Shown: piece after piece, positions 35,930 to 51,139 of the stretch | Numbering within the stretch: the stretch's first letter is position 1 | How the letters are laid out: every line of letters starts with the position of its first letter | Origin: Fimicolochytrium jonesii | Taxonomy: Eukaryota | Direction of reading: 5' to 3' | DNA length: 64,000 nt | NCBI RefSeq assembly: GCF_025526975.1 | Contig: NW_026515681.1 | Span: 434,001-498,000 of the forward strand | Position numbers and translations under genes: made by a program | Notes under the pieces: generated by a model | Seen by the model: the letters and a program-made list of their open reading frames with translations, nothing else | What the model was told of the DNA's origin: nothing | The model's database searches: none

Positions 35930-37498
35930 TGTCACGTCAGAGGAAACGTAGATGATATTGGGCCCTTCTGAGAGGGCTGAGAGCAGTGTATTGTGGTGAA
36001 GAAAAAAGTAAGAAGCTCTTCGCAGCGGCCGCTCGACTGACAGCTTGATATAGGGGCTGCCAGTGGGGCTTGCGTGGCTTCAGTGAGGCTTGGCGCCTTA
36101 TGTAATGTATCACCGAGAGCTCGGGTGGCCAGCCCGGGTCTCGGATCAAGCAGAAGTAAAGAGATATAATATGTAATACAAGTGAAAATGAGATATCCCT
36201 GACACCTCCCTCAGATCCTGGGGAGGGCGCCGAAAAAATAAGAGGTGAACTACGAGGGATATGTGAAGAGAGGGAGAGCTCATGTTCATTTTAAAGTGTT
36301 GACGCACTTGTTCATTTTATAGTGTTGACGCACTGTGTGATGTGTGTGTTTGAGGCAAAGGCGTCCCTAAGCCGATGTCATGTGTGATGTGTGTATGTAA
36401 GGTCGGTTCTTGCGTTGCCGCGCGTGATGTGATGTAGCTTACGTTGCTAGTAAGCGGTGTGATTGATAGTGAGCGGTTCTTGCGGTGTCGCGCGTGTGAT
36501 GTGATATGAGATGCTCTATGCTGTTCGTCTCCGTATCCACGGAGATTGTGGGTGAGCTTTTTGCCATTGTTTGTAGGCAGGCGTGTAGCGAAGTGCGGAT
36601 TCGGGTTCCCAAGTAGGGTCAGGATAACCGAGCCATTTGACTAGAAGATTTCGTACGGCACGTCGCTCGTCGATGATATCTTCTACAACCCATTCAGGTT
36701 GTCTGCGTTCTTCGATTCGTGGAGGAGGTTGTGGAACTGCACGTTGCGGATATTGCTCTTCGCGATGTGGTCGTAAAATATCGACATGAAAGACGGGCCA
36801 AATGCCGCTGATCTTCGATGGTGATGAATCGAGTTTGTAGGTATCAGGATGTGCTCCCAGGGCGATGCTTTTGAATGGTCTGATCCACGTAATTGAGTAT
36901 CGAAGTCCTCTTCGAGCGTCTACTTCTAGGTTGATTCCTTGTCGATTTAGATCGACCAGGTCGCCAATTTTGTATGCGATTGGCGTTCGACCTTTGTTGT
37001 GTTGACTTGCAAATTGATCTTGCGATCTCTAAAGGTTTCCGCGTACGATACGGGCGATGTCTTCCTGCCCTTTCTTGAAGAGTTCGATTTCGTTTCGATC
37101 TACAGCTCGAAGTTTGAGTTCTTGTCCTTTGAGTGTTGGATTCCAAACCCGGGAGAATTGGAGCGTCCGAGATCTACTTCGAAAGGTGATAAACCTTCAT
37201 ATTCCTCCCTTGGAGCTGTATTGTATGCGAATTCGATTAAAGGCAATAGTTTCTTCCAATTGCTTTGTCGTAGTTGTGGTATTGCTTCCAAATCCTTTTC
37301 AGGGTTTGGATGGCTTGCTCCACTTTGCCGTCGGTTTGTTGATGACGAGCAGTAGCGAATTCGTGTTTTACACCGAGGAGAATATCAAATGGGAGGAAGA
37401 AGTCGGAAAGCACGCGAGGTTAGCGATCCGTAACGAAGACTTTTGGCGTACCGACATGTTCCCATACATGATCTAGGAAGACTTGGGCTAATTTGCGT
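35930..37498 (-). mobile_element. Gypsy family C (chromovirus) 3' end: 3' LTR 35930-36204, PPT, chromodomain, integrase C-terminus
   Basis: PPT CTGAGGGAGG before TGTCAGGG. Chromodomain PEWVVEDIIDERRAVRNLLVKWLGYPDPTWEPES at ~36700-36590. Integrase LPLIEFAYN, SPFEV and PVFHVDIL. Confidence 0.9.
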
Positions 37499-40400
37499 TG
37501 TAGTACTGCGCTTTGAACTGCACATGAAATCGATAATATTCTGACGCCGATTATACGCCTAGAATCTTCGACTAGCGAATGAAATCATCTTCATACAACA
37601 ACGTCAAAATACCGTCAAAACTTCCGACAATAAATCGACATACTCGCATTCCCGGCACTCCGACGATTACCAAATACAACTACCTTTACTGAAACCTTGC
37701 TTCATAACGACGTTTTGTCCTCGGATACGACTGACATGCGAAAAATGTACGCGTAGGAGAGGATCTCACACATGAAAGCACCCCCGACCCGACTCTCAAC
37801 CAACCAGAAGCTCCCACGACGCCCGAAACGCTGGAGAAATCATCTGCCAAACGAGAAAACCAATTTCCGGTGGCCATATACACCGAACGTTGCAGAAAAC
37901 CCTGAGACAAGATTAGCGATAAGACCGTATCAGTGCCGAAATTGCGAATGGAAAAAGGAAAAACCATGTAGACCGCCGCAGGAAAAGAGAAAAAGACCCC
38001 GACATAGCTAAATCCTCTAGAGACAGCTAGTAGGGAATTTGGACTTCAACAAAAATCCCGTAGCCTAGAAAAATCCATAAAAAACCCCGACTGTTTTCCC
38101 CAGACCTTTGTACGATACGCAGACCACAGATCCCGATCAACAACAGAGCTTTCTACTTCTCTACTCCCGACGACTTCTTTCAGTTTCAGATAGACTTTCA
38201 AGGCGCGCTCATAGACCCGGAGAGCTTAGACAAGACGACCCCGAGTGTCGCAACTTGTACTTTGCTGACGTCACCGAGGACTTGATAGTTCAGGAATCTC
38301 GTAAGAAGAGCTGAGAGTGAGATTGGATAACCCCGTTGTTTTGTTTTGTAGTCAACCCCGCAGATATTCCCGATTTCATATTTTCGTACCCGTACCCGTA
38401 ATTCCCGACCCCGTATTAGAAGAAGGATTCCTTTCAAAGCACCTGGATATTAAGGTCGCAAGACGACGCTTTCGTTTGAGATCTCTTCTTGTGCTATTGA
38501 GAGACCGGCAGCTTATTTCTCCCAACACCCAACCGTAACCCCGTATTTGACAGACCCTCGCTTCTGCCGGCCACCACCACATTTACTGGCGATCCTACCA
38601 GGAGTCCTTTTCTTCGACGAAAAGAGATTCTATGGCTCAGACTTCCCTTCGACCCGCTCATCCGTATAGACTTTGTACCTACCGTACAATAAAAACCGAC
38701 GAAAAACGATACGCTAGTTATTCGGCTCGCTATCTACCAAAAACAGCTGCCTCTCGACAGCTCGACAGCACGTCTCCGCCCGACTTTTCGACAGCCTACC
38801 CCTTGTGTTGACACGCAAAAGCTCGTTTTCACACGTGCATTCTGCTGCGCCACTCTTTGACGTCAGCGCTTTTGTACTCCGACAAACGACTCGTTTTTAG
38901 AGACGATCTTTGACCGTCTATTTTAGACACCTTTGCATTTTTCGAGTACTAGCTACTTTCTCGACAAAATGGCAGACGCTAATGCACCGACGAATAACCC
39001 AAATCCAGACCCGAATCCTGATCCTAACCCGGACCCAAGCAATCCGCCTAACCCGCCTCCCAACTACGGGGCGAACAACGCGATGTTCACTGTGACTGCC
39101 GACCAGTTCGCTATGCTACTTCGAGTTGCTAGTTCAAAAGGTTTACCTATGATGGGACAACCTGGAGCTATAGAGTTTGATGGACGAGATGTACAAGAGA
39201 AAATCGACCTATTCTATGCTCAACTTAACGACGCTGGATATGAACCTGAAGCCGAGTACCCCAGCATCATCCTGAACCCTTCGCACACTACACTTTGCAG
39301 TCCGTACAACCCGCAAGATCCTGCTATTGCTAATCAGGAGGAATGACAAATCGTGGAATTGAGACACAAACGATGTATGCAGACATTCATCCAGTATTCC
39401 AAACCGAGTATTCGAGTGCTACTTCGTAGTATGCCTAGTTTCCAATCGCTCGACATAACCGAATATACTCGATGGAGAGAAGAACCAACCTGGGCGATGT
39501 TTACTGAAGAAGTGATATTGCACTTTGATGCGTTTCAAACTCGCCATACTTTCAACGACCTCGAACAATGGGCTCTCAGTTAACGAGACCATGTCAAACG
39601 GAACATTGCCAACGTTGCAGAATTTATCAACGAAATGGCCTATCGATATGCAAGAATCGATGGGGTCGCCGACAAAGAAAAGATCAATCTGCTTCTGACC
39701 CCGTGGAAAGACGAACCCGGCTTCAACAAACGAGTTCTCCAACGAGCTCGACGACTCGCTGCTGAACGTGGACCCATTTGCGACCGACTCAGTTACCCTC
39801 CGTTAGCCGAATTATGGAAGCCCTCACCAGAGCAGTCAATGAAGATGCCGCGCTATCTCAACTTACAACAGTTATCAAGCAACCCGATTCCGACGTGCGG
39901 TCTATGACCGTTCAGAAACCGATTCTTACGATCCCCGGTATTGCCAACCCAACTGCTAGCGACCAGCTGAACTTCGTACAAGGACAAGTATTGCAGACCG
40001 AGAGCAAACTTGACCGAGCAGTACGTGAAATGACCGAACGAATGGCACAGCTGTAGACTAGCCAGAACCAAATCCTGCAGAGCTTGACTCCTGCAACCCG
40101 ACTTCCGCCTGCGAACGATTCGCAAGGCACTAGCTCAACAAATACCGGCAATGCAGATGTTCGACCCCTGCGATGCGTTTATTGCGATCAGGGAGGACAC
40201 CGGCGCAGATTTTGCAGAGACTTTTCTGAGGTTCAGAACCGAGGAGAGTTAGTTATTAACGGACAAGGACGAATTGCGTACCCTGACAATACGACCATTG
40301 GAGTACCCGGACAGGAAATCCCTTTGAACATCGGACAAGGAGGAATCAAGAAAGTTTTTGAAGATGCCAAAGCTGCCGTGCTCCGCAACTGCAACACTTG

Positions 40401-41133
40401 CGCCAATCAGAGATCCTACAGTCATTCAATCAATTCGTTTATGCTGCGAAATGATGACAAGAAAAAGACCCGCAAAGTATCCGAACGCTCATTGGAAATT
40501 CGAGATTATCTTGAAGAACATGCCGAAGATTTGACCTATACAATTCGGAACATTACGAACTGGGACGACCCCATTCATTTCGATACGACTATTGCCCAAG
40601 CCCGCGATTCGAAACGACCTGCTGTTGCTGATCCAGCTGACAGAAACCGACCCCGAAGTGGACAAGCACCCGCCAGAGCTGGAACCGATACGGAAGATGC
40701 AGACGACACCGTCCGAAAGAGAAAATTACCTACCCGAGCCAACGGAGAAAGATTCGCTGGAAGAGATATCCCGAAACCAGGAGAGAAAAAGAAACGCCGT
40801 CCGATTGGAGACCGGCCAATTGACGATCGACCTGTTACGCCGATGGAGACTGATACTGAGACTGAGACGGATGAAGAACGGCCCAAACAAAGACAGCCGA
40901 AGTTCAAGTTTTATCCCGACATTGCAGACCAAGGCAATCATCCCGTTGACGCGATCAAATGTAGACTCTTCAAGAACGTCAATATTGGCATTACTTTCCC
41001 AGAACTGATGCCTCTCAGTCCCGAGTTTCGTAAATCCGTTGCATCCGACCTACAACAACACCGTGTACCAATCGACCAGTATGAAGAAAGAATCAAGAAA
41101 GGAAGTGATCGAGAAAAGCTGAAGAAAGCCCGT
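37499..41133 (+). mobile_element. Gypsy family D, partial (1083-bp 5' LTR 37499-38581, PBS, gag), interrupted by another D copy
   Basis: TGTAGT..CACCACA LTR; PBS TGGCGATCCTACCAGGAGTC; gag with NPNPDP repeats and knuckle CVYCDQGGHRRRFC. Confidence 0.88.
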
Positions 41134-44100
41134 TGTAGTATTGCGCTTCGAACTGCGCATGAAATCGATAATATTCCAACGCCGATTATATGCCTAGAAT
41201 CTTTGACGAGCGAATGAAATCACCCCTATATGACAACGCCAAAATACCGTCAAAACTTTCGACAATACATCGACACACTCGCATTCCCGACACTCCGACG
41301 ATTACCAAATACAACTACCTTTACCGAAACCTTGCTTCACAACGACGTTTTGTCCTCGGATACGACTGACATGCGAAAAATGTAGGCGTAGGAGAGGATC
41401 TCACACATGAAAGCACCCCCGACCCGACTCTCAACCAACCAGAAGCTCCCACGACGCCCGAAATGCTGAAGAAATCATCTGCAAAACGAGAAAACCAATT
41501 TCTGGTGGCCGTATACACCGAACATTGCAGAAGACCCCAAGAAAAGATTAGCGATAAGACTGTATCAGTGCCGAAATTGCGAATGGAAAAAGGAAAAACC
41601 ATGTAGACCGCCGCAGGAAAAGAGAAAAAGACCCCGACGTAGCTGAATCCTCTCGAGACGACTAGTAATGAATTTGGACTTCGACAAAACCCGGTAGCCT
41701 AGAAAAATCCATAAAAAAACCCGCCTGTTTTCCTCAGACCTTTGTACGATACTCAAAACCCAGATCCATGCACGCAGAACACAGATCCCGATCAACAACA
41801 GAGCTTTCTACTTCTCTACTCCAGACGACTTCTTTCAGTTTCAGATAGACTTTCAAGGCGGGCTCATAGACCCGGAGAGCTTAGACAAGACAACCCCGAG
41901 TGTCGCAACTTGTACTTTGCTGACGTCACCGAGGACTTGATAGTTCAGGAATCTCGTAAGAAGAGCTGAGAGTGAGATTGGATAACCCCGTTGTTTTGTT
42001 TTGTAGTCAACCCCGCAGATATTCCCGATTTCATATTTTCGTACCCGTACCCGTAATTCCCGACCCCGTATTAGAAGAAGGATTCCTTTCAAAGCACCTG
42101 GATATTAAGGTCGCAAGACGACGCTTTCGTTTGAGATCTCTTCTTGTGCTATTGAGAGACCGGCAGCTTATTTCTCCCAACACCCGACCGTAACCCCGTA
42201 TTTGACAGACCCTCGCTTCTGCCGGCCACCACCACATTTACTGGCGATCCTACCAGGAGTCCTTTTCTTCGACGAAAAGAGATTCTATGGCTCAGACTTC
42301 CCTTCGACCCGCTCATCCGTATAGACTTTGTACCTACCGTACAATAAAAACCGACGAAAAACGATACGCTAGTTATTCGGCTCGCTATCTACCAAAAACA
42401 GCTGCCTTTCGACAGCTTGACAGCACGTCTCCGCCCGACTTTTCGACAGCCTACCCCTTGTGTTGACACGCAAAAGCTCGTTTTCACACGTGCATTCTGC
42501 TGCGCCACTCTTTGACGTCAGCGCTTTTGTACTCCGACAAACGACTCGTTTTTAGAGACGATCTTTGACCGTCTATTTTAGACACCTTTGCATTTTTCGA
42601 GTACTAGCTACTTTCTCGACAAAATGGCAGACGCTAATGCACCGACGAATAACCCAAATCCAGACCCGAATCCTGATCCTAACCCGGACCCAAGCAATCC
42701 GCCTAACCCGCCTCCCAACTACGGGGCGAACAACGCGATGTTTACTGTGACTGCCGACCAGTTCGCCATGCTACTTCGAGTTGCTAGTTCAAAAGGTTTA
42801 CCTATGATGGGACAACCTGGAGCTATAGAGTTTGATGGATGAGATGTACAAGAGAAAATCGACCTATTCTATGCTCAACTTAACGACGCTGGATATGAAC
42901 CTGAAGCCGAGTACCCCAGCATCATCCTGAACCCTTCGCACACTACACTTTGCAGTCCGTACAACCCGCAAGATCCTGCTATTGCTAATCAGGAGGAATG
43001 ACAAATCGTGGAATTGAGACACAAACGATGTATGCAGACATTCATCCAGTATTCCAAACCGAGTATTTGAGTGCTACTTCGTAGTATGCCTAATTTCCAA
43101 TCGCTCGACATAACCGAATATACTCGATGGAGAGAAGAACCAACCTGGGCGATGTTTACTGAAGAAGTGATATTGCACTTTGATGCGTTTCAAACTCGCC
43201 ATACTTTCAACGACCTCGAACAATGGGCTCTCAGTTAACGAGACCATGTCAAACGGAACATTGCCAACGTTGCAGAATTTATCAACGAAATGGCCTATCG
43301 ATATGCAAGAATCGATGGGGTCGCCGACAAAGAAAAGATCAATCTGCTTCTGACCCCGTGGAAAGACGAACCCGGCTTCAACAAACGAGTTCTCCAACGA
43401 GCTCGACGACTCGCTGCTGAACGTGGACCCATTTGCGACCGACTCAGTTACTCTCCATTAGCCGAATTATGGAAGCCCTCAACGAAGCAATCAATGAAGA
43501 TGCTGCGCTATCTCAACTTACAACAGTTATCAAGCAACCCGATTCCGACGTGCGATCTATGACCGTTCAGAAACCGATTCTTACGATCCCCGGTATTACC
43601 AACCCGACTGTTGATGACCAGCTGAACTTCGTACAAGGACAAGTATTGCAGACCGAGAGCAAACTTGACCGAGCAGTACGCGAAATGAGTGACCGAATGG
43701 CACAGTTGCAGACTAGCCAGAACCGAATCCTGCAGAGCCTAACTCCTGCAACCCGACTTCCGCCTGCGAACGATTCGCAAGGCAGTAGCTCAACGAATAC
43801 CGGCAATGCGAATGTTCAACCCTTGCGATGCGTTTATTGTGATCAAGAAGGACACCAGGGCAGATTTCGCAGAGATGTTTCCGAGGTTCAGAACCGAGGA
43901 GAGCTAGTTCTTAACGGACAAGGACGAATTGCGTACCCTGACAATACGACCATTGGAGTACCCGGACAGGAAATCCCTTTGAACATCAGACAAGGAGGAA
44001 TCAAGAAAGTTTTTGAAGATGCCAAAGCTGCCGTGCTCCGCAACTGCAACACTTGCGCCAATCAGAGATCCTACAGTCATTCAATCAATTCGTTTATGCT

Positions 44101-47100
44101 GCGAAATGATGACAAGAAAAAGACCCGCAAAGTATCCGAACGCTCATTGGAAATTCGAGATTATCTTGAAGAACATGCCGAAGATTTGACCTATACAATT
44201 CAGAACATTACGAACTGGGACGACCCCATTCATTTCGATTCGACTATTGCCCAAGCCAGCGATCCGAAACGACCTGCTGTTGCTGATCCAGCTGACAGAA
44301 ACCGACCCCGAAGTGGACAAGCACCCGCCAGAGCTGGAACCGATACGGAACGGGCAGACGACACCGTCCAAAAGAGAAAATTACCTACCCGAGCCAACCG
44401 AGAAAGATTCGCTGGAAGAGATATCCTGAAACCAGGAGAGAAAAAGAAACACCGTCCGATTGGAGACCGGCCAATTGACGATCGACCTGTTACGCCGATG
44501 GAGACTGATACTGAGACTGAGACGGATGAAGAACGGCCCAAACGAAGACAGCCGAAGTTCAAGTTTTATCCCGACATTGCAGACCAAGGCAATCATCCCG
44601 TTGACGCGATCAAATGTAGACTCTACAAGAACGTCAATATTGGCATTACTTTCCCAGAACTGATGCCTCTCAGTCCCAAGTTTCGTAAATCCGTTGCATC
44701 CGACCTACAACAACACCGTGTACCAATCGACCAGTATGAAGAAAGAATCAAGAAACGAAGTGATCAAGAAAAGCAGAAGAAAGCCCGTGACAAACGAATT
44801 GCCGAAATGTCGTTCAACGTGAACGCCATCCAACATGCGGCACGCCCCCAGCAGTACCTCAAAAACGTGTACAACATTCAGTCTCAAAAGGTGGATGAAG
44901 GAGAAGTGAAGATGTTTCGACAAACCGCGACGGAACATTATAAGACCCCGACTTTAAGTGGAATCAGTCCGCACGCGAACGTTAAGATCAACCAGTACTC
45001 GAATTCCATCGTTGCATTACTAGATTCCGGAGCTGAAGTGAATCTGATGTCACTACGTTTATTCGAACCCCTGAACATTCCGATCGAAACGACCATTCCC
45101 GCGAACACGACACTGAAGAATATGGATGGGAGACCCAGTCAAATTAATGGTGTCGTCTACGACGTCAAGATTTCTATTGGATCCATCAGTTGCTTGACCG
45201 CCTGTTTTATCAGTTCCGAGTCCCTCAGTCATGATTCGCTTTTGGGAAGACCTTATCGCCGCATTAACCGATTAGAAGAGAAGAATTGCGATGACGGAAG
45301 TGTATGGCGTTGCATATTCGACCCAGACTCTGCCAAAAGCGCTCAATTCCTCGCCGCACCAGCCAAGTATGGAATTCAACCTCTGGACACGTACCTAAAG
45401 ACATCGAAACGATGGGTCCATCGTGAATACCTCGAAGATATTGACATGCCTTACGGACACAAACTCCAACGACCCCTCCGAATGCGACCGTACATGATCC
45501 AGTCCTATGAGACAGAAACGGACAGTGAAGAATATGATTCGACAAAGGGAAACATCGCCGAAGAACCAACCAATGCGATTACGACCGACAGCGAAGGAGA
45601 TTCAGAACATGACGTTGAAGAAGCTTATGAACAATCAATCGAGTACCATGTACAAGCGTTTACCTACCGACAGCAGTCAATCATGGACGATATGCCAACG
45701 CTATCCGAAGGATCAGACACTGAAGAAAGTCTTGTTTCAGATTCCGACAGTGATCACAGCATCGATTATGAGGAACTGTTTCAACCCAATCGACGACAAA
45801 CCTATTCCGAATACGACTCCCACTCCGATTCTGAAGGAGAACTATACTCCGTGCAAGTACGAACGAAATTCAAGCCCGTTGCAAAGAAGATCAAGCCCTT
45901 AGCACAACCCTTGCCGGGAGGCATTCGACCTGAAGCTTTACCCAGACCTACGATTACCGAGACACCCGCCAGAAGTACCGTACACCAATACCGATTCGAT
46001 GGACGAGAACATTTGCTTACTTTCGGAGACGATTTGACTACCGAAGAACGAGCTGCGTTCTTATGACTATTGCGCAAATACGATATGGCTTTTGCTTTCG
46101 ACAACAGCGAAAGAGGAACATTGAAGCCACACATTGAAGAACCTGTCAAGATTCATACGATTCCGCATACGCCCTGGATGGTTAAACAACATCGATCACC
46201 CCGCAAATGACCAAGATCGCGACAGACCTACTCCGAACAAAACGAGACGCAGGACTGTTGGAACCATCATTTGGACCCTACCGCAACCCCTGGTTCTTAG
46301 TTCCCAAAAAGAAAGGAACTTATCGATTCGTACAAGACGTACAAATGCTCAACAGCGCGACAATACGAGATGCCGGATGTGCGCCGATCGCAGAAGTTTT
46401 CGCTGAAGAATTTGCTGGACGTTCGATTTTGTCTATGGCAGACATGTATTCCGGATGTGACCAAGTACCCCTACACCCCGTATCATGAGACCTTACAGCC
46501 ATGCTTACGCCTTTTGGATTATACCGACTTACCCGACTCCCTCAAGGAGGAACCAATTCAGTAGCTCAATTTCAACGAGTAGTCGACAAAGTTTTCAAAT
46601 CCCTCAAGCCCGACATCGTCAGCGTATATGTCGATGATACCGGCATTAAAGGACCGAAATACCGAGACGAGACACACGTGAAACCCAATATTCGCAAATT
46701 CGTACAAGACCACATGGACGACTGCGAGAAAGTATTTATTCTTATGATCGATTCAGGACTCACGTTTCCCGGCGAGAAATCAAGCTGGGGAATGTTGACA
46801 GTAAGTTTCGCAGGCATAGTCTGCAGTTACAACGGAAGAGCACCCAAACAATCGAATATCCGAAAAATCACCATCTGGCCCCCTTGCCAGAACCTGACCA
46901 AAGTACGAGCATTCCTCGGACTTATTCTATTCTACCGCGCCTGGATCAAAGACCTTGCTAAGAAAGCGGACGCCCTGTACAAGCTGTACAGGAAAAACGC
47001 TCGATTCGAATGGACAACCAAGCAACAGACCTGTATTGACACGCTGAAACCAGAATTTGTCGCTGCCAAGATATTAGCTGCGCCGAACTACGAAGAAGAC

Positions 47101-49566
47101 GCACCCCCGTTCATTATTACGACCGACGCTACACCCATTTCGTGGGGAGCAATACTCTCCCAAGTTGATCCCGAAGGAAGAGAAAGACCGATACGATTCG
47201 AAAGTGGATTGTTTACCGAACAGCAACGAAATACCTACCCTTGATTCAACTACTACAAAAACCCGAATTCCCCATAGCACCATCACGCGATGGGTAGCAC
47301 AGTTAATGCTATTTGACTTTGAACTCGAACATATCAATGGAGAGAAGAACCCTGCGGACGGACTTTCGCGAAAACCTCAAGCAGACGATGACACCGACAC
47401 TGAAAATGAAGACTCTGACGATTCGGAAATGCACGTATTACGAGTCAACTCAGACACGACCGAATGGAAAAGTGATTTGAATGAGGTTCGCCAATACTTG
47501 ACCGATTTGACCGTACCTGCGCAATACAAGTACCCCAGCCAACAAAGAAAATTCCGAAACCAATGTACCCAATACGCCCTACAAGACGACCACCTATTCT
47601 TACAAAACGGAAGATTGAAACCACCCCTGCTAATCATTGAAAATGAACAAGATCAAGAAGGAATTATCCGATTCATGCACGAAAGCAAGGAAGGAGGAGG
47701 ACATCGAGGCATCCTTGCGACATTCCGAAAGATACGACAATGCTACTCCTGGCCAAGACTGTACAAAGAAGTGAAAGCCTACGTACAATCCTGCCATAAC
47801 TGCCATTTCAGAGACCCACGACGTGAATTTGAACCGCTTTACATCGAACGACATGACCCTTTCAGACATGTGGACTAGACTTCGTATTATCACAAAAGGA
47901 ACGAAGGCAAATGAGGGAGGAATGATTTTACGAGACGACGCAACCGGTTACCCTGAAGGACGAATGATCAGAGGCAAGCCGACTGCACACAAGATTGCTG
48001 CATTCTTATATGAAGAAGTATTCTGCCAACACGGACCGATCGAAAACTTAGTATCCGATGGTGGACCCGAGATCGTCAACGAAATCATACAACATCTTAC
48101 CGAACGATACGGTGTCAAACCCCGAATCACGACTGCATATCACCCGCAAGCGAATGGATTAGTAGAGAGAGGACACTCCCCGATTATCGAAAGTCTTATT
48201 CGAACCGCACCGACTCCGAGAGAATGGCCAACCGTATTCCCTGCTGCATTATGGGCAGATCGAGTTACCGCGAAAAGAACGACACAGTTTACACCCTTCT
48301 ACCTGATTTATAGAAGAGACGCCGTACTACCTGTCGAACTCACGTACGAAACACGGATGACGGTACCAAATCTTCAACAACCCATGACAACCGAGACACT
48401 TATGCAACCCCGCATCGAACAATTCCGATACAGAGACAAAGACCTGAAGCTAGCAACAGAGCGACTAATCGCAAGCCGAAGAGCAAACAAGGAGTATTGG
48501 GAGAAACGACACCAAATTAGAAATCAACCTTCCGAACCCGGCGATATAGTTCTCCTGCACAACACGAAACTATTGACTCAACAAACCGGCAAGACTGACA
48601 ACAAATGGTTCGGACTGTACAGAATTGCCAAATCCAACGACAACGGCTCGTATTATATCGAAGAATTAGACCAGACACCAATACGCAAACCTGTAGCCGG
48701 AGACCGATTGAAGATATTTCAAACTCGAACTCAGACACAACCGTAATCGACGACAATACCTAAGATGAAGAAGAAACAGACGAAGAAGACAACATTACGG
48801 ACGAGAATTGATGAGGACATCAATATTCGACAAAAGGAAAGATGTAGCATTGCGCTTCGAACTGCGCATGAAATTGATAATATTCCGACGCCGATTATAC
48901 GCCTAGAATCTTCGACGAGCAAATGAAATCATCTTTATACGACAACGTCGAAGTAGCGTCAAAAGTTCCGACAATAAATCGACACACTCACGTTCCCGAC
49001 TATCCGACGATTAACAAATACAACTCCCTTTACCGAAACCTTGCTTCACAACGACGTTTTGTCCTCGGATACGACTGACATGCGAAAAATGTACGCGTAG
49101 GAGAGGATCTCACACATGAAAGCACCCCCGACCCGACTCTCAACCAACCAGAAGCTCCCACGACGCCCGAAACGCTGAAGAAATCATCTGCCAAACGAGA
49201 AAACCAATTTCCGGTGGCCATATACACCGAACGTTGCAGAAAACCCTGAGACAAGATTAGCGATAAGACCGTATCAGTGCCGAAATTGCGAATGGAAAAA
49301 GGAAAAACCATGTAGACCGCCGCAGGAAAAGAGAAAAAGACCCCGACATAGCTAAATCCTCTAGAGACAGCTAGTAGGGAATTTGGACTTCAACAAAAAT
49401 CCCGTAGCCTAGAAAAATCCATAAAAAACCCCGACTGTTTTCCCCAGACCTTTGTACGATGCGCAGACCACAGATCCCGATCAACAACAGAGCTTTCTAC
49501 TTCTCTACTCCCGACGACTTCTTTCAGTTTCAGATAGACTTTCAAGGCGCGCTCATAGACCCGGAG
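41134..49566 (+). mobile_element. Gypsy family D, near-full-length (5' LTR 41134-42236; gag-PR-RT-RH-IN; PPT; 3' LTR 48843-49566, truncated)
   Basis: LLDSGAEVNL protease; YVDD RT; TTDAT RNase H (partly deleted); HHCC plus SDGG and AYHPQANGLVER integrase; PPT AAAAGGAAAGA. Multiple premature stops. Confidence 0.93.
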
Positions 49567-51139
49567 TGTAACGTCAGAGGAAACGTAGATGATATTGGGC
49601 CCTTCTGAGAGGGCTGAGAGCAGTGTATTGTAGTGAAGAAAAAAGTAAGAAGCTCTTCGCAGCGGCCGCTCAACTGACAGCTTTATATAGGGGCTGCCAG
49701 TGGGGCTTGCGTGGCTTCAGTGAGGCTTGGCGCCTTATGGAATGTATCACCGAGAGCTCGGGTGGCCAGCCTGGGTCTCGGATCAAGTAGAAGTAAAGAG
49801 ATATAATATGAAATACAAGTGAAAATTAGATATCCCTGACACCTCCCTCAGATCCTGGGGAGGGCGCCGAATAAATAAGAGGTGAACTACGAGGGATATG
49901 TGAAGAAAGGGAGAGTTCATGTTCATTTTAAAGTGTTGACGCACTTGTTTATTTTATAGTGTTGACGCACTGTGTGATGTGTGTGTTTGAGGCAAAGGCG
50001 TCCCTAAGCCGATGTCGTGTGTGATGTGTGTATGTAAGGTCGGTTCTTGCGTTGCCGCGCGTGATGTGATGTAGCTTACGTTGCTATTGTAAGCGGTGTG
50101 ATTGATAGTGAGCGGTTCTTGCGGTGTCGCGCGTGTGATGTGATATGAGATGCTCTATGCTGTTCGTCTCCGTATCCACGGAGATTGTGGGTGAGCTTTT
50201 TGCCATCGTTTGTAGGCAGGCGTGTAGCGAAGTGCGGATTCGGGTTCCCAAGTAGGGTCAGGATAACCGAGCCATTTGACTAGAAGATTTCGTACGGCAC
50301 GTTGCTCGTTGATGATATCTTCTACAACCCATTCAGGTTGTCTGCGTTCTTCGATTCGTGGAGGAGGTTGTGGAACTGCACGTTGCGGATATTGCTCTTC
50401 GCGATGTGGTCGTAAAATATCGACATGAAAGACGGGCCAAATGCCGCTGATCTTCGATGGTGATAAATCGAGTTTGTAGGTATCAGGATGTGCTCCCAGG
50501 GCGATGCTTTTGAATGGTCCGATCCACGTAATTGAGTATCGAAGTCCTCTTCGAGCGTCTACTTCTAGGTTGATTCCTTGTCGATTTAGATCGACCAGGT
50601 CGCCAATTTTGTATGCGATTGGCGTTCGACCTTTGTTGTGTTGACTTGCAAATTGATCTTGCGATCTCTAAAGGTTTTCGCGTACGATACGGGCGATGTC
50701 TTCCTGCCCTTTCTTGAAGAGTTCGATTTCGTTTCGATCTACAGCTCGAAGTTTGAGTTCTTGTCCTTTGAGTGTTGGATTCCAAACCCGGGAGAATTGG
50801 AGAGCGTCCGAGATCTACTTCGAAAGGTGATAAACCTTCATATTCCTCCCTTGGGGCTGTATTGTATGCGAATTCGATTAAAGGCAATAGTTTCTTCCAA
50901 TTGCTTTGTCGTAGTTGTGCTATTGCTTCCAAATCCTTTTCAGGGTTTGGATGGCTTGCTCAACTTTGCCGTCGGTTTGTTGATGACGAGCAGTAGCGAA
51001 TTCGTGTTTTACACCGAGGAGAATATCAAATGGGAGGAAGAAGTCGGAAAGCACGCGAGGTTAGCGATCCGTAACGAAGACTTTTGGCGTACCGACATGT
51101 TCCCATACATGATCTAGGAAGACTTGGGCTAATTTGCGT

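Noticed and set aside
36283..36510. 26-bp duplication and GTGATGTG-rich motifs as a regulatory array
   Set aside because: This is low-complexity 3' UTR sequence of gypsy C, repeated at ~49920-50150. I see no evidence of a separate function.
37686..38582. Short ORFs recurring in the D LTRs
   Set aside because: They recur only because the LTRs are repeated, and they have no coding signature.
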